64,000 nt of DNA. Source: Cycas panzhihuaensis (Eukaryota > Plantae > Cycadophyta). Every line of letters begins with the position of its first letter. Positions within the stretch are counted from its first letter, which is position 1. The notes under the pieces were generated by a model. That model saw only the letters and a list, made by a program, of their open reading frames with translations. It did not search any database and had not been told where the DNA came from. The stretch is from contig CM041465.1 of assembly GCA_023213395.1 (NCBI GenBank), forward strand, positions 186,999,741 to 187,063,740. Reading direction: 5' to 3'. The position numbers and the translations under genes were made by a program. Below are positions 14,401-28,679 of this stretch, piece by piece.

Positions 14401-17400
14401 ATGTCTGCATCCCAGTAATCTCCCAAACTAATTATCTGAGGTTGTTCTTTTGTTCCAATGTTAATCTCCTGCAACTTAGTTTTTTTCCTTCAACTATTTT
14501 GCCATTTGGGCTTATGTGTATGTTGGAGTCTTGTCAATTATGCGCTCTCCATATTCTACTGTGGAATAGTTAGAATGAAATAATTGTGATTCTTGTTAGG
14601 TATTATCTTCTTTTATTGCTTTCTTGTCACATTCAATGTAAAAGCAATTTTTCTCCTTATCCATGGTTTTTTTCTTGAAATTTTGTAAAATTTCCTTAAT
14701 TTTTTTATTTTTATTGTGGTATGCAAAAGTCTGGTAAAAATTGCCTACCATTAGATCCCAGTATATTAATTTTATCTTTTCATACTAGTTATACTAGACT
14801 ACCAAAATGCCTCTAAAAGTCCATCCCCAATATTGTGTCCATTCCTTTTTTGGAATTTCATTAGTTGTCCATATTTGGACATAGTTCTGCACATACAAAT
14901 GAGGATTGTCTCCATTACAAAACAAGGGGAATTCTATTTCATCATTGTGGAATCTATTTAGAAAGTTCCTACTTATATTTTCCCAAGAATTAAATTCCTT
15001 TGCATAAGCAAGATACCATAAATAAGTTTGACTAGTTAAGGAACAAGGAAACACAAGATATCAAAAATTCTCCTGCCATCTATTTTTCATTATTTTAATA
15101 CATTGATCCAAATGCCTTTTTGCTTGCCACAATTGGTCGCAATACTTAGGAAGTTCATTGGAATTCTTACCCCAAACTATATTTTCTTGGGTAATTTGCA
15201 AGTCTCTTTCTTCTCGAAAATTTTGCGGTGGTTCCAACTGAATTGCTTCATCTTCCATGTTCTCCTCCTCTAAAGAGTCTACACACATCTCTAACCGATA
15301 ACAGGGAGTAGGTTCTGCTTCCTCCCATGCATTATGAAGCTAATTCAACATATAAGATGATGATGGACTACTTGGCAAGGCTAATGGGATCTAAAATGTT
15401 ATTTTTGAGCAAGGGCTAACTGTCGATTTTGCTATGGCCGTAGTGGACGAGACTTTTTCTTCATCTTCAATTTTTTAAATTTGTGATCCATTTGAGCATA
15501 AGGGAAGAGTAATCGCCTCATTTCTAGTTGAGAGTGTAAAAGTATGCCTTCCCCAATCTTGAATGGCTTTTGTTGCCAACAGCCAAGGTCTTTCCAACAA
15601 AGTTGGGTAGGTCCTCTTTTGACCTTGCATTCTGACTACTACAAAATCTAGTAGAACAATAATTCCTGCAATAGTCACTAGGACATTCAACAAGGTGCTC
15701 ATAAGTCTAACCTGCAATTGGTTAGCCAACCTAATTGAATAGTTTGGGCCAACCACATTGGGCCTTCCCAAGGCAATCCAAGAGGATTCAAGTAGCACAT
15801 TTATCCCTAAGCCCTCGTCGACAATTGTTTTACACAAGGTTGTCCCCAAAATTACCATTGGAACTCTTGGGTCAAACCCATTATCCTTGATAGCCCTAAG
15901 CATAGGTTTCTCAATTTGCTCCAATATTAATTACTGGAAGTAGCCAGCTTCCCACCACTTGAAAACGATAGAGATAGGAATTGAAACTCCTAGTTCAGTA
16001 AGCAAATCTTTAATCGTTTACAACCACTACCAAGGATTCATACCTTCTTGTGCAGATTGCCCTTGAACTGTTCTTCTTTTATATTGCTAGCCCTTAAATC
16101 TTTGCTCCTATTGGAATTCTTCCTGTTAGACTTTGCCCATGGCCTCTTGAAGAATCTTCACCGATTCCTAAAGTTGTTGCTTCTCTACTGTTGGGTCTGG
16201 AAAATTGTCCTAAAGAGGAGGCCTTGTTGTTTTTCCGCTACATGTCTACAGATATGCTTGTACTTCTTTGTCCGGAATAACATGCACCAGATTGGCATTC
16301 TACACCTTAGTGTTCTTTAGACAATTTGCCCATTCATGATTCGTTGGTTTGCATTCTTCACAAATAAACTCTCCTCCTTGTTTCTCCAGCAGACATTCGG
16401 ATTTGTAATACCCCCATCTTTGACATAGAAAGTAATGAATTGGCTTTGTTTTGCCTTTATATTACTTTGTCATTCCTCCTTTTGCCTTCTACAAGAATAT
16501 ATTGTGGACTTCTCCTTCATTATGATTTGACCTAAAAAACACTCCCAAGTATTATGGTTGTTTCGTCTACACTTCTCACACCATTTTGAAAGCCCACTAT
16601 GTTCATTCTTCAAGTGTCCTTGCCAATTGCAAGGTGGGGGGCACCAAATATTTTCTCTTGATTTCTCCATGTATAAACACAACAGTTCTACACGTAGCTT
16701 CACCACTTCTTGATTATATTGCATACTTGTTGGAATAGATATTAGCGACTACTGCTTCAATACTTCAAACTCTTTCAAAACCTCAATTTTTGGGTTTGCA
16801 TCCATTTGCGGTGCTTGTATAAATTGCATTCCAGCGCCCGTCATTGGAGAGTATATTAATGATATTGAAGATTATGTTGCCATTTGAGAGTAAGCTAACT
16901 TCATTTGATTTTTAAACTTTAAGGCTAGCTCTCTTACTTGCTCATAATTGTTCATTGGGTGCAATATTACTTTGTCTTTGGGTTGCGGTATCAATCCCTG
17001 CACAAAATACTTCATGGAAAACATAGGATTTATTGTCGTAGTAGATTGCATTTTATTCATAATAACTTACATCCTTCCATCAAAGTCATTTACTAACTCT
17101 CTAAGATAGTGCCAAATTTCTTCCAAAGCTTGTAGTATCGCTATTGGATCCCTGAGTGTTTGGAATCTATCCAAAAATTGAGCCTGCAATTGATCCCAAC
17201 CTAATTGTTGAGTTGCTATGTACTTGAACCATGCAACTGCTAGTCCTCTTAATGTTGAAAAGAACTAGGCTTTTATCTCATTTTGATCTACAATTTTTTT
17301 AATTTGAATCATATTTTTAAATAAAGCCAAATGATCTCCTAGATTCGTAGATCCATCAAATTGTAGAGATGAAAAAATAGAGTCACTCTGCACGATGATA

Positions 17401-19118
17401 ATAAGGTGTCATACCTCCTTGGCTTGTTCCACCTAATGTCCCACTTTGCACTCCTCCTGGTAGTGTTTGACTCCCTCCTCCTCCTCCTCCTGTACTACTA
17501 GTTGGGCTTGCCATTGGTAACTTAAAGAGGGTATTTATTGTGTGACAATTTCCAATAAATCGAGGTTCCAAGCTTGTTATGTTATGTTATATACTCCTAA
17601 TTCAATGAGATTTTCCTCATGTTCTGGAACTTCTTCCGAAATATGTACTCTAACCAAGTCCTATTGCCAATCTTCACCTTGGGGAAAATTTTTATTCAAT
17701 ACCTCCTCTTGCAAGGTATCTTTTGCAGTGAAATCTTCTTCTTTCAAACTTTGTTGCCAACTTTGACCCTCAGCAAGGTCTTCCTTGATTGTATCTGTTT
17801 GTACTGCTTTCTTGTTTGTAGGTTCCTCTTTCATTGCACACCTTTGATCATCTTTACTTGGCACTGCCTGTTCATTGACAGTCCTCTCATTTGCTTCCAT
17901 GACCATCTTTTGTTTGTTTGATTCACCTTCGTTTATTGACATTCTCTTCTCCGTCAACTTTGCAGATGGTCGCCTCTTCACTTGCTTCCTTGGCGTCAAT
18001 ACAAATCTCAGCCTATGTATTCTAGTCTAGAGTCTTTCTTTATCCCAACATTCTCCACGTTCATAGCATGATTCTACTTCGACCCTAAGTGGCATGGAAG
18101 AGGACTCGACAACTTACTTGACTTTGTCCATTACGAATTTCACCATCCTTTTCCCTAGTTCAAAAAGCAACGAAACCAATATGTGCTTGCTGGCCTACGT
18201 CTACTAAGTAACAATCTTGTAATCAGAATAGAACAGTAGCACAAAGATCAACCGAAGTGAATGAAAACCATGATCATTGTATTAACGATGGGTCGCGTCT
18301 AGTCCTCTCACAACCAGATGCAAACCCAAAATAGTACACAAGGTTGCAACTAAAACAATACATCAAGACTTTATTTACAATATGTACAAGTGCACAACGC
18401 CCGGTACTCTGATTCCAATCAATAACTCACACACACATATATTTTATGACTACCCATTACATTATTTATATTTTCGTAAGTCGTTCTGTAACTATCGAGC
18501 ACTAGAATAATTACAAGTTTATGGTTGGTTGCAATTGCTTCCAACCGTTTGTTGCTTCTGTTGCAGTTGCTCAAACTATTATTGTTGAGGCTGATATAAC
18601 TGCATCCTAAGTCACGATCATCCCACTTGACATTGCAACCAATTGGTTGCAACTAACTTCCCCTTTAGTTTTGTCTTCCAGGGGCCTTCAATTCAAGTTG
18701 CAACCGACATGATTTCTTAGCACACACAATCAACTTCTTCCTTCTAGGTGGTTTGACTTTTGTTGAATACAAGGGTAGGGTTTGTCATCCCCCTCTTCCT
18801 TAGGTGTTATTCCAACGACTATTTAGTAATAGTTGTTTGTGTTGTGTGTCAACACCTCACATATTACACCTCATTTCCCTACCTATTCTTTCTATTCCTT
18901 GCCACATGACTCCTTACGACTATTGACAATCTTAGGTTTCTCTTTTGGATCTACAAGTTTTTTTTGAGCTCTTGCCAAAACCAACTTAAGTTCGACAAAT
19001 TTTTATCACTGTTTCTAAATGGATATTCCCTTCTATTTTGGCAATGTCATGACACATCTTCTCTACCTATTATTCATAAATTTCTTCTCTCAATAATTAG
19101 AACATACTTTCATGACCC

Positions 19119-22100
19119 TATTAGAAAGTAATGTTTAATCTATGGTTAATTCATATGGTCAATCCATGGTGGCAATTTAATAATGTCTAGTGGTGATATT
19201 AATGTGATGGAGTCAATAGACATTACGCATACTCTCTCAAAATTATGATAAGTATGGGCAACATTAATTGTTATGCAAACTCTCATTTGATTAGTTGTTG
19301 TTAAGGTTCTCACACATTATCTTATTGGAGAGGATTGGTGCAACCTCATTGGTCATTAATGAGGTGAAGTACCTCTATATAAGAGCACACCATATTCATT
19401 GTAACTTATGAAGACACCTATTACTTCCCTAATGGAACCTAGTATGGACTCATCATGTACTTTGTTGAATATCTTCAATAATGGGATATCATACATTTTA
19501 TGGTGTGTGTTTCCTCATCTTTAGGTTTTACCATGTTAAACCTTGTGTCTCAATATTGGTTGTTTGACGCTTAATTATTATTCATTATTGATGATTATAT
19601 GCTCTTAGGATGATCATGTGTTATATTTTAATCTTAATGATGAGTGCTTCATACCTATGTGATTCGATCCTATAGTATTTGTAAGGTGTTTGATAGTTGT
19701 CCTTATGATGATATCAACTCGAAAAATTTAACATGGCATTAGAGTCTCCTATATCTTGAATGTGTGAGCATGTTCATGTGAAGCAAGAGTGAACCTGTAT
19801 GTGTGAAGCAGGCATGTGAAAGCATGTATGGTAGATCACAAAGCAGGAAATTGTTTAATGCAGTGTCATGAACCAAAATAAAGCTATGTGGAGCTTGTTG
19901 AATCAATGAACCACTTATATGCTAGTGATGACTAGTGAAGATTGGGAGGTGATAAATTGAAGAGCTACATACAAGGATGAAAACTGAACTTTTGAAAATT
20001 AATGCTAATGTTGTGTTACAAGTTTTCATTTTGTGGACAATTATCATGCATGTGTGGCCACATATACATGTAGCTTGCAGGTGTTCAAGGTGAATCCACA
20101 AGTTTGTAAGCTATAGATAGGTAGTAGGCTCCTATGCAAGCTTGATCACCCTACAAGGGAAGGCCAATATTCGTTAGTATATTGCAAGGGCAAGTAGAAT
20201 TTAGTACCATCAGTACATTGCCACGAGAAAAAGAGTGTTTGTGGTGAAGTGTGCATGCACATGGTGATAATCTTTGCCATTCAAGGACAATCCATGGTGT
20301 TATGTAGGTTGTCCAAGACAAGAGAGATTCTTGAGGCAATTGTTAGTGTCCTTGGAGAAGGATTCACTACTAAAAAGATGATTTCAAATCCACAATGCAA
20401 GTTGATATAGGCTACAAGCCTATAGCGCAATGGAATGTTGAGAAAAGGATTTTTCATTTCAAACCAATTCTAAAATCTACACCAATTGTGAAGAAAAAGT
20501 AAGAGCAAATTGTTGCAACAGTCCAGTGAAAAACATTACAACATGTATCACATGGTAGAAGATATGCAGTCTCATGAAAGAAAAGGGTTTAGAAAATAGT
20601 TGAAATCTTCCGATCAATTCTAAAAATCATCACAACCCAATTCTAAAGCAAATTAAAAATCTGCAAGAGAAATTGCCAATTGAAGGGGAGAATTATTGAA
20701 AACAGTTAGGGTTGATTTTTGAAAAATCCATTGTGCAGTGTGCAGGTCCAAATTGCCAAGAGACAAGAACTCTACGGTGAATTGCTGCAAATTTGTTATG
20801 CAAGGCCAAGAGGCATTTGACTGAAGAAGCAAAAGAAGGAAATTTCCAAGCCAATTTTGAAAATTAGAACAGATCAATTCTAGAATTTTGGTGAAGCCTA
20901 GTGAAGACAAAGAAGAAGCAATCTAGGGCCAAGTCTCTATAAACATAGGGTCATCTCCATGATTGTCATTTGATTGCAAATAATGTCAAGAATGAGATAT
21001 GAGGAGTTGGAATCAAGACAAAGTCCATGATATACCATTGTAAGAAGAATTTGAAAGTAAGCAGGGTAGATAATTACAAGTTTCTAGTCAAAGGGATGTT
21101 AGGGTTAATTCTTGGCAGATTCAGGACAAATGACAGCGAGGTAGCCCATTGCACAGAGCCCATTGAGAGGGCATATAGCATTCATACGCAAGAGAATTCT
21201 AGTAGAATAAACTTAGAGGAAAAGCCATAGGAGATTTTCGGAAGAACTTATCGATGAGCAAGGACCGATCATAGTGAACAGACCCATGAGAGGCAACTCT
21301 AACTAGCAGGCTTGAGCAGGGTAAGTTACATTTGGTAGGGGTGATGCCAAAAGAACTTGAACCTAAGTTTAGGAACCGCAAACTGCATATTGTTCCACAA
21401 AGGGGCAAACCCTATTGAGAAATGCAAAACATCAACTATGTAACACAATCATCAGAAAGAGACCACATGAGTGAAGGTGGTCATAGGGCACAAAGCATAG
21501 AGCAACAAGAATGCAAGGTGCATAGTAGGGCAAGCCTGAGCGTGTTTGAGTTTGCCATTGTTGGTGTGATGTTCACAAATAGTGAGGCTAAAACCCAGAT
21601 GTCAAAGATACTCAATGGCATTCAGTCTGCATGGGGTTTGGGAGAACCACAAAAGCTAGCACAAAGCAAAAGCATATAGGAACGACTCAATCATAAATGC
21701 AAATACTAAGTGCCAATTACTGGTGTGAACAAATTCACAAGCGAAGTTTTGGACATCACATGCACACATATTCAAGAACAAAAAATGACATTGGTATATT
21801 TATCAAACACCTGAGTTGAATTGAATTAAATTGGTTTGAACTAACTCAAGTGGTCACCTTAATAAAACCATGTAACCAAAAGGTAAAGTGAAAAGTTTTA
21901 AAAATCAAATTTTAACCTTCAAGTGACGATTTCATGCGACAACATCGCATTCAGCCTCATAACTCCCTCATACGAATTCAAAATGGAAAATTGTCAGTTG
22001 TAGTAGAAAGAGGATTCAAAAGGCTTTGAGATGGCTAGTCACTTGAACCCATTTGACAAGTTTTGTTAAAAATTTTAATCATTAAAGATAGAGTAAATGA

Positions 22101-25100
22101 AAATTGACATGTTTTGTGTGGGTTCATCATTTGAGACTTTCAAGTCATATTTTCACTCAATGTGATGGTTAACAGTTCCATCATGCATTTGTGATATTAA
22201 TTGATATATTTTAAGTGAAGAAATACTCAAAAGGGAAGTAAGTTAGATCATATTAGACATATCAAGCATTTAATGCATTTTTTAGGGACAATAGAACCTT
22301 ATTTAATGGTGAAAAGAGAGAGAGTTTTATCCTTGATTGTTGGAATTTTGGTGATATTTGATGAAATAAGAAGGAAAGTCTTTTGATCAATTCACAAAGC
22401 TAAAATCAAAATTTGCATTGGATAGAAACCACCTTGCTTTATGATCACCATGTTGTATTGTTATAATGAAATTGTTGAAATTGCATCAATTGTAGATGGT
22501 TCTTTGATATGTGAAATCAAAGATATTGATAACATTTTCTATCTCAAATTATTGATGGATTACATGGTTAAGTGGAGGAAAAATTAATTCTATATAAGAA
22601 TATCATGAGCAATAAACTTCATATCTGGAATGCATCCCAGTAGGCGACAAGCACAGTGATTGTTTATGCATTCATCTTGGTGATGGATGCAGGCTATAAG
22701 GATGTTGCATGCATGATTTCTTATATGCAAAAGGTGTTGATCAACTTCGACATACAAAAGTGAAGGAGTACAACTAGGAAAAGCTCTGAAATACAAAAGG
22801 TGAAAGAGTTCAACTATCATTTGTACTTTTGCCTAAGGACACAGAGATAGAACAAATATTTCACAGGTATAGTGGTGATGTTTACTCACATGAAGTGGAG
22901 CAAATTTGTAGATGACTTTTGTTGTACAAGTGGTAGAGTGCACCAACAACAAGAATAAGTATAAGAAATGTCACATCAATGCATAATTACATTTTGCATT
23001 TATGATGTTTAAGTGCTTCATTTGATCATTGCATTGAGTTTTCATCAACTGAAATTATGCAACGAATTTGTAATCAGGATTGCAACAGCTTAACTAGGTT
23101 ATGATTGTAGGATTATTGTGCTTTTCTAACATGATTAGGATGCAAGTAGTCACCTAAGGCAATATCATTTTACAAGGACTTGAACCCAATGTTGACTCCA
23201 AGCAAGGTGAAGACAGACTTCTTCTCAAATGTTGAAGAAGGACAAACACAAACAGGAAGCACACATGAAACAGCTTGATGACAAGACAAAGTTCGTGATG
23301 TGACAAAAATCACATAGATTAAACATTAAGGGGGAGTGTAAGAAAGTAACGTTTAATCTATAGTTAATTCATATGGTCAATCCATGGCAGAAATTTAATA
23401 ATGTCTAGTGGTGACATTGTGATGGGGTCAATAGACATTAAGCATACTCTCTCAAAGTTGTAATAAGTGTGGGCAACATTAACTGTTGTGTAAACTCACA
23501 TTTCATTGGATGTTATTATTAAGGTTCTCACACATGATCTTATTGGAGAGGATTGGTGCTATTAGAAAAGAAAAGAAAAACCATGCAAAATAGCATAAAC
23601 AAAGAGATCAAATAATCATGTACCATGAAAGCATGCAAACAAAATTGGTGGAAGAATATATATCCCTCAAAGAGTTTGCCTTAATGATAAGTACATATAT
23701 AGTAACAATGACCTCTTTGTGGGCCAATCACAATAGTGAGCCTCTATAACAACCTATGAACCAATAGCACAACTCTTAATGTAGTCCACCTCTTAAGAGT
23801 GCCTCAAAGATGTGCATCCATTGGTCAACATGAGGGATAGTTAACACATGAATTTAATGTTATATCCCAACAATCTTCGCCATAAGATTTAATTCATGTC
23901 ACAAGTTGATGTCCATATGAAGAGATAACCATCTATTAGTACACATGGGTAACCAACCGTTGTACCTACCAGTTCTCTAGGATGCTCTATGAATACATGG
24001 TTCATCAACTTCATCACTAAAGTGTGCTTTCCTTGTGCATTCTCGTCTTCAGCTCCAAACCCAAGTGAAAAACATAGACTATTCAACAACAACCCATTCA
24101 CAAGACCTACAAACAACCATTACAGCCATCAAAAACCTTTCTAAACATGAACTTGCCACCCAGTCCATCCAAAGCACACTTACACTATAATGTGACAAAT
24201 TTCAACACATTGGTCATGTACAACTCACAGGTTTTCATCGAAACTATGTTAAACAACATGCAAGTTGAAACATGCCTAAAATTTCACCCAAAAAAACCCT
24301 TTTTAAATGCTTCACCATGAAAACATCAAATTTTCTGATTAAAATCTCCTTCTCATCAAGCTTAAAATAGGTCATGCAGCCACTCATTTTAACCACGTCA
24401 ACACAAGGAATCCAATTTAATAGATGATGCCTCAATCCGACACCCCAACGAAAAGTTACTAGAGGAAACATTGCCAGTAGGTCATAAAAAAATGAAAATA
24501 GGGCAAAAATTAAAATAAGCCCCTTTTAAAATCCCATATGGTCAAATAAACATTTCTAATCACTGAGAACTCAATGGAATAATCAGATTTAGAAAATACG
24601 CATTATGTAGTGAGTTTTATCCATGGATAGGCACCTAATTTAGTGCAAATCTACCCAACATACTATTAAACCCTGCGGCTGCCCCAACACACGAACGTGC
24701 CATGCCTATGACTCATCTAAACATGCCAAAATCAATTTACAGTTGTTGGAGGCACCCAACAGACTTTTAATCCATCTATCATCCCAGCAAGGCCATCAAA
24801 CCCTCAAACAGGCAACCAACAAATGTGTGCACAATGCAACATGCGGGCAACTTAGAAATCCAATGCCCAATAGTGGCTAGCAACTTAGATCTGCCACGAA
24901 ATAGTCCACACAAGCAGTCCAGCAATGTGCAACCTCAACCATTCGTCTTCACACCTCCATATTCTGCTCTAGATTAGAAATGGAAGGAATTTCATCAACT
25001 AAACTCGATTTCATTGCATCTATCATTGCCTAACAACCCCAAAATAGGGACTCTCCTTTGCATTTACCAATAGTTGATTCAACAAACAAATGGGACCCCT

Positions 25101-26222
25101 ATACACAATAGCAACCTTTTACTGGCAGGGTTCTTGAGATTTGGTGCACCTCAAATCTCCAAGAACTAAACATTTATCATGCAGCATCCTTGTTCAACAT
25201 CCTCCCATGCTGGCAAATTTCAGTAATCAAACAGGGATGTCTCCACTGCCTTCACCAATTGCTCACCTTCACAACAGCCAACAATCTTCACTTCTTGTGC
25301 AACATGGGTCCAAATCCTGCATGCATCCAAGTGTCCACAAGCATCACAATGGTTTTGACTCTAAGGCTCCCCCACAACTGAATGTTCATCATATCCAACA
25401 GTATACTGACAGGCATAACAAGAACACATGTCTGCAAAACAGACTTCAAATCAACAACACAATTTTGAAAACACTAAACATATATGCTCTAATACCACAT
25501 GTTAAAAAATAAAAGACAAACCATGCAAAATAGCATAAACAAAGAGATCAAATAATCATGTACTATGAAAGCATGCAAATAGAATTAGTAGAAGAATGTA
25601 CATCCCTCAAGGGGTTTGCATTAATGATAAGTACATATATAGTAACAACTACCTCTTTGTGGGCCAATCACAATAGTAAACCCCTATAACAACCTATGAA
25701 CCAATAGCATGACTCTTAATGTAGCCCACCTATTAAGAGTGCCTCAAAGATGTGCATCCCTTGGTCAACATGAGGGTTAGTTAACACATGAATTCAATAT
25801 TACATCCCAATAGGTGCAAGCTCATTGGTCATTAGTGAGGTGAAGGACCTCTATGTAAGAGCATACCGTATGCGTTGGAACTTCTAAAGACACCTAATGC
25901 TTCCCTAGTGGAACCTAGCGTGGCCTCATCATGTACTTTGTTGAACATCTTCAATAATAGGATCTCATATATTTTATGGTGGATGTTTCCTCATCTTGAG
26001 GTTTTACCACGTGAAACCTTATGTCTCAATATTGGTCATTTGATGCTTAATTATTATTTATTATTAATGATTGTATGTTCTTGTGATGGTCATGTGTTAT
26101 ATTTTAATCTTAATGATGAATGCTTCACATCGATGCGATTTGATCCTATGGTATTTGTAAGGCATTCGATAGTTACCCTTATGATTATCCTTATGATGAT
26201 ATCAAACACGAAAAATCTAACA
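19119..26222 (+). mobile_element. Non-autonomous LTR element I (LARD-like); 3' LTR interrupted by element J
   Basis: 5' LTR 19119-19733; PBS TGGCATTAGAG 19734; PPT AAGGGGGAG 23328-23336; 3' LTR 23337-23559 + 25818-26222. No RT or INT motifs seen in the 3.6-kb interior. TSD is degenerate (GACCC/AGTTC). Confidence 0.85.
23560..25812 (-). mobile_element. Non-autonomous LTR element J (TRIM/LARD-like, 2.25 kb)
   Basis: 313-bp LTRs 23560-23872 and 25500-25812; perfect TSD GGTGC (23555-23559, 25813-25817); tRNA-iMet PBS complement GCTCTAATACCA 25486-25497. No coding motifs seen. Confidence 0.93.
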
Positions 26223-28302
26223 AGTTCAATGCTCCTCCTTCAGAATTAATCTAAGAGTCAAACTTCAACGCAAAGTCTCAAGCTTGATTGTAACTCTCAA
26301 TTGGATGTTGTCTCAGTCAGTCTTGTAATTTAGCAAATAAGCCAATCACAAAGAATCCTTGCAATAAACAATCTAGTATACTTACATTGGCCATCATATT
26401 AGCAACAATAATGTTGACTCGCCTTTCATAGTCCAACATGAATTCCCCTAGTCATTGTTTGATCTCTTTCAATGCGTGGATCATAGCTTGGTTACTTTGC
26501 AATTACTAAAATCTTGCCAAGAACCTTTTCCTTATGCTCTTGCAATTAAGGTTGTCGATATCTAAGTTTTGATACCATACTAGTTTGATACCCCATAATG
26601 TACATGAAGATATCTACTCAATATCTTCCTTGCAAACACCTCTTATGGCAATCATGTGTTTGAATAACAACTAGTGTTCCTTGGGATCACCTATACTACC
26701 AAAGATAAGGTGACTAAGGGCATTATCATTTTGATATATCATTGATGGCAGTACATTTGCCATCTTAGGTGTTGGCTCTACTTTTGATTTCAATTTAGGG
26801 TCAATCTTGCTCTTAAATAATGGATTTGTATGTGGTGCTCTTGGATACATTAACGTAATTCTACCCAATACTTGGACGACTTACAGGGCAACCATTAAGA
26901 ATGGGCCATCTTCCCCTTGCGCCCTTCTTGGAGGTGTATTAAATAATTGCCTTGTGAAGAAATTTTCAAAGCCCACAATGGGGCCTTCTATTGCCTTGTC
27001 TTCCTTATTGCTTAGGCTCTTCAAACTTTCCTTTGATGTCACCTCCTAGATATAGGTGTTTTCCTACTCTATTCGTGCCTCATCATAGTCTAATAGATGG
27101 ATTTCCTCTATTTTAGGGGTAACCTCATACATTAGTGTATTATAGTCATTGTCTATTGGTGTAGCATGTATTCTTTCATTATTTCTTGTTACATTGATTG
27201 GCCTCTTCCTAGTGCCACTTGTTGATGGTGTTATCCTTTTCAAATAATGATCCCTTCATTCCCTGGCACATTTTATCACCCTCTCAAGCTAGGCTTATCT
27301 CTCTCTATTTGAAGGCTCCTTGGTGGCATTGGAAGGTCCCTCAACTACCTTGGATTTAATTAGAAACTACTATGTTGTTGGCAGTAAGGATCCATGATAA
27401 TTGGGTCACATACTTGACTCCATGTAGCAAGACCTTAGGTTCTTCTTCTTAACAAATTTTGCCAACAAAGCCAATATTGACGTGGAGACAACATACCAAC
27501 TGTCCCACAACCCATTTATCTCTTAGCCATGTGTTGATTGTCACTTCACCACAACTCCTGTCCCTAATGACAACTCGGTGGCATGATGTCCTGCATGTTA
27601 ATCCTCATGCACGCAATGACAATAGAAATCCTCGACCAATCACATGGCACATAACACATTCATCCATCCATATTCATACATAGTATCACAATAACTCAAA
27701 TTCCTATTAAATAATGATTGAAATAGTACAAGAAGCTACCACCTTACTTAGGGATTGGATAACTTGGCTTTCACCCTGAATTGGGCATGGGAATGCCCTT
27801 CCTATACCCCAAGTTGGTGTCTTTTGACAAAAGTACACCACCTTACAACATGACCTTTGACAATTAGCATAGTGATTACATTGTTTATCAATACATTAAT
27901 TAGCATTGGTGACACTTCATATCTCTATATGTCTAGATGGTCTTGGAATGACAAGGTAATTGAATTCTTGTGAATTCCATTTGACCACTAAGCATATTGT
28001 TCCTTTGACCATGCATGTTATTCCTCAACTAGGTCCTAAAGTCATTTCTCACTATGATAGCATTCTCAAAATAATTAGTGTCATTACCATTCAAACTATT
28101 CAAGCCATTGCCTATTGTCATTCCTCACTATCAAAGCCATTTGATGTTGTCATTCCTAATTGTCAAAGCCATTCCTAATGTTGTCTTTGACCTGTTGAAG
28201 CCATTCTCTATTAGTTTTTCCTTTGGCCCCTGTGTGCCATATTTATTGCACACAACTTAATGGCACCTCCATAGTGCTAAAATCACTTGAAATTAATTCA
28301 TT

Positions 28303-28306
<4 letters not shown>

Positions 28307-28336
<30 letters not shown>
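28307..28336. repeat. (AT)n microsatellite
   Basis: Direct reading, about 15 units. Confidence 0.95.
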
Positions 28337-28339
<3 letters not shown>

Positions 28340-28679
28340 TGAGAAAAGCCTTAGGGCACAATTTCTATTGATGAAATTGTGAGTACTTCCCAAATTAATG
28401 AAAACTATAACCTTTTTTTTTTATATATATCCTTCAATTTTTAGTGTTTGAAGGATCAATGTTCTTATTATTGTTAAAATTAAAAATGTTGAAGATGGTT
28501 TCAATGAGCCTACTTCTCAATCATCTTCAATGAATAATTCTTTGTCTTCCTTTTTGAGATCTTCTTCTTATTCTACTAGGCCAACAAATAATTTTTCTTT
28601 TCTCAACAGTTGTGTTGTGGTCCCAATTCTTTGTACACCAATAACAAATTCCTTTTTCTTGGTGCTTCGTTAATTCTTT

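Larger units (their letters stand above)
8433..18726 (-). mobile_element. Full-length degenerate Ty3/Gypsy (non-chromovirus type) element H, 10.3 kb
   Basis: LTRs 8433-8981 and 18180-18726 (TGTGTGCT..AGCACACA); perfect 5-bp TSD CAATC (8428-8432, 18727-18731); PBS 18167-18178; PPT complement TCTCCCC at 8982. Gag with CCHC knuckles ~16250-17510, PR 15475-15924, RT 13290-14375 (FLDD), RH, INT 12265-12834. Confidence 0.95.
7400..27400 (-). mobile_element. Decayed Gypsy element G (gag + protease only recognisable), split by insertions H and I/J; host pieces ~7400-8432, 18732-19118, 26228-27400
   Basis: Protease-like PTITMIILKEMIENIIVDGNSIANVL..TWRRLG (7625-7822) resembles the H protease. Capsid-like TLWGIKLVWY..RKRFLARF..ALKEIKQ..DYERR at ~26420-26610. 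Boundaries are uncertain. Confidence 0.55.
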
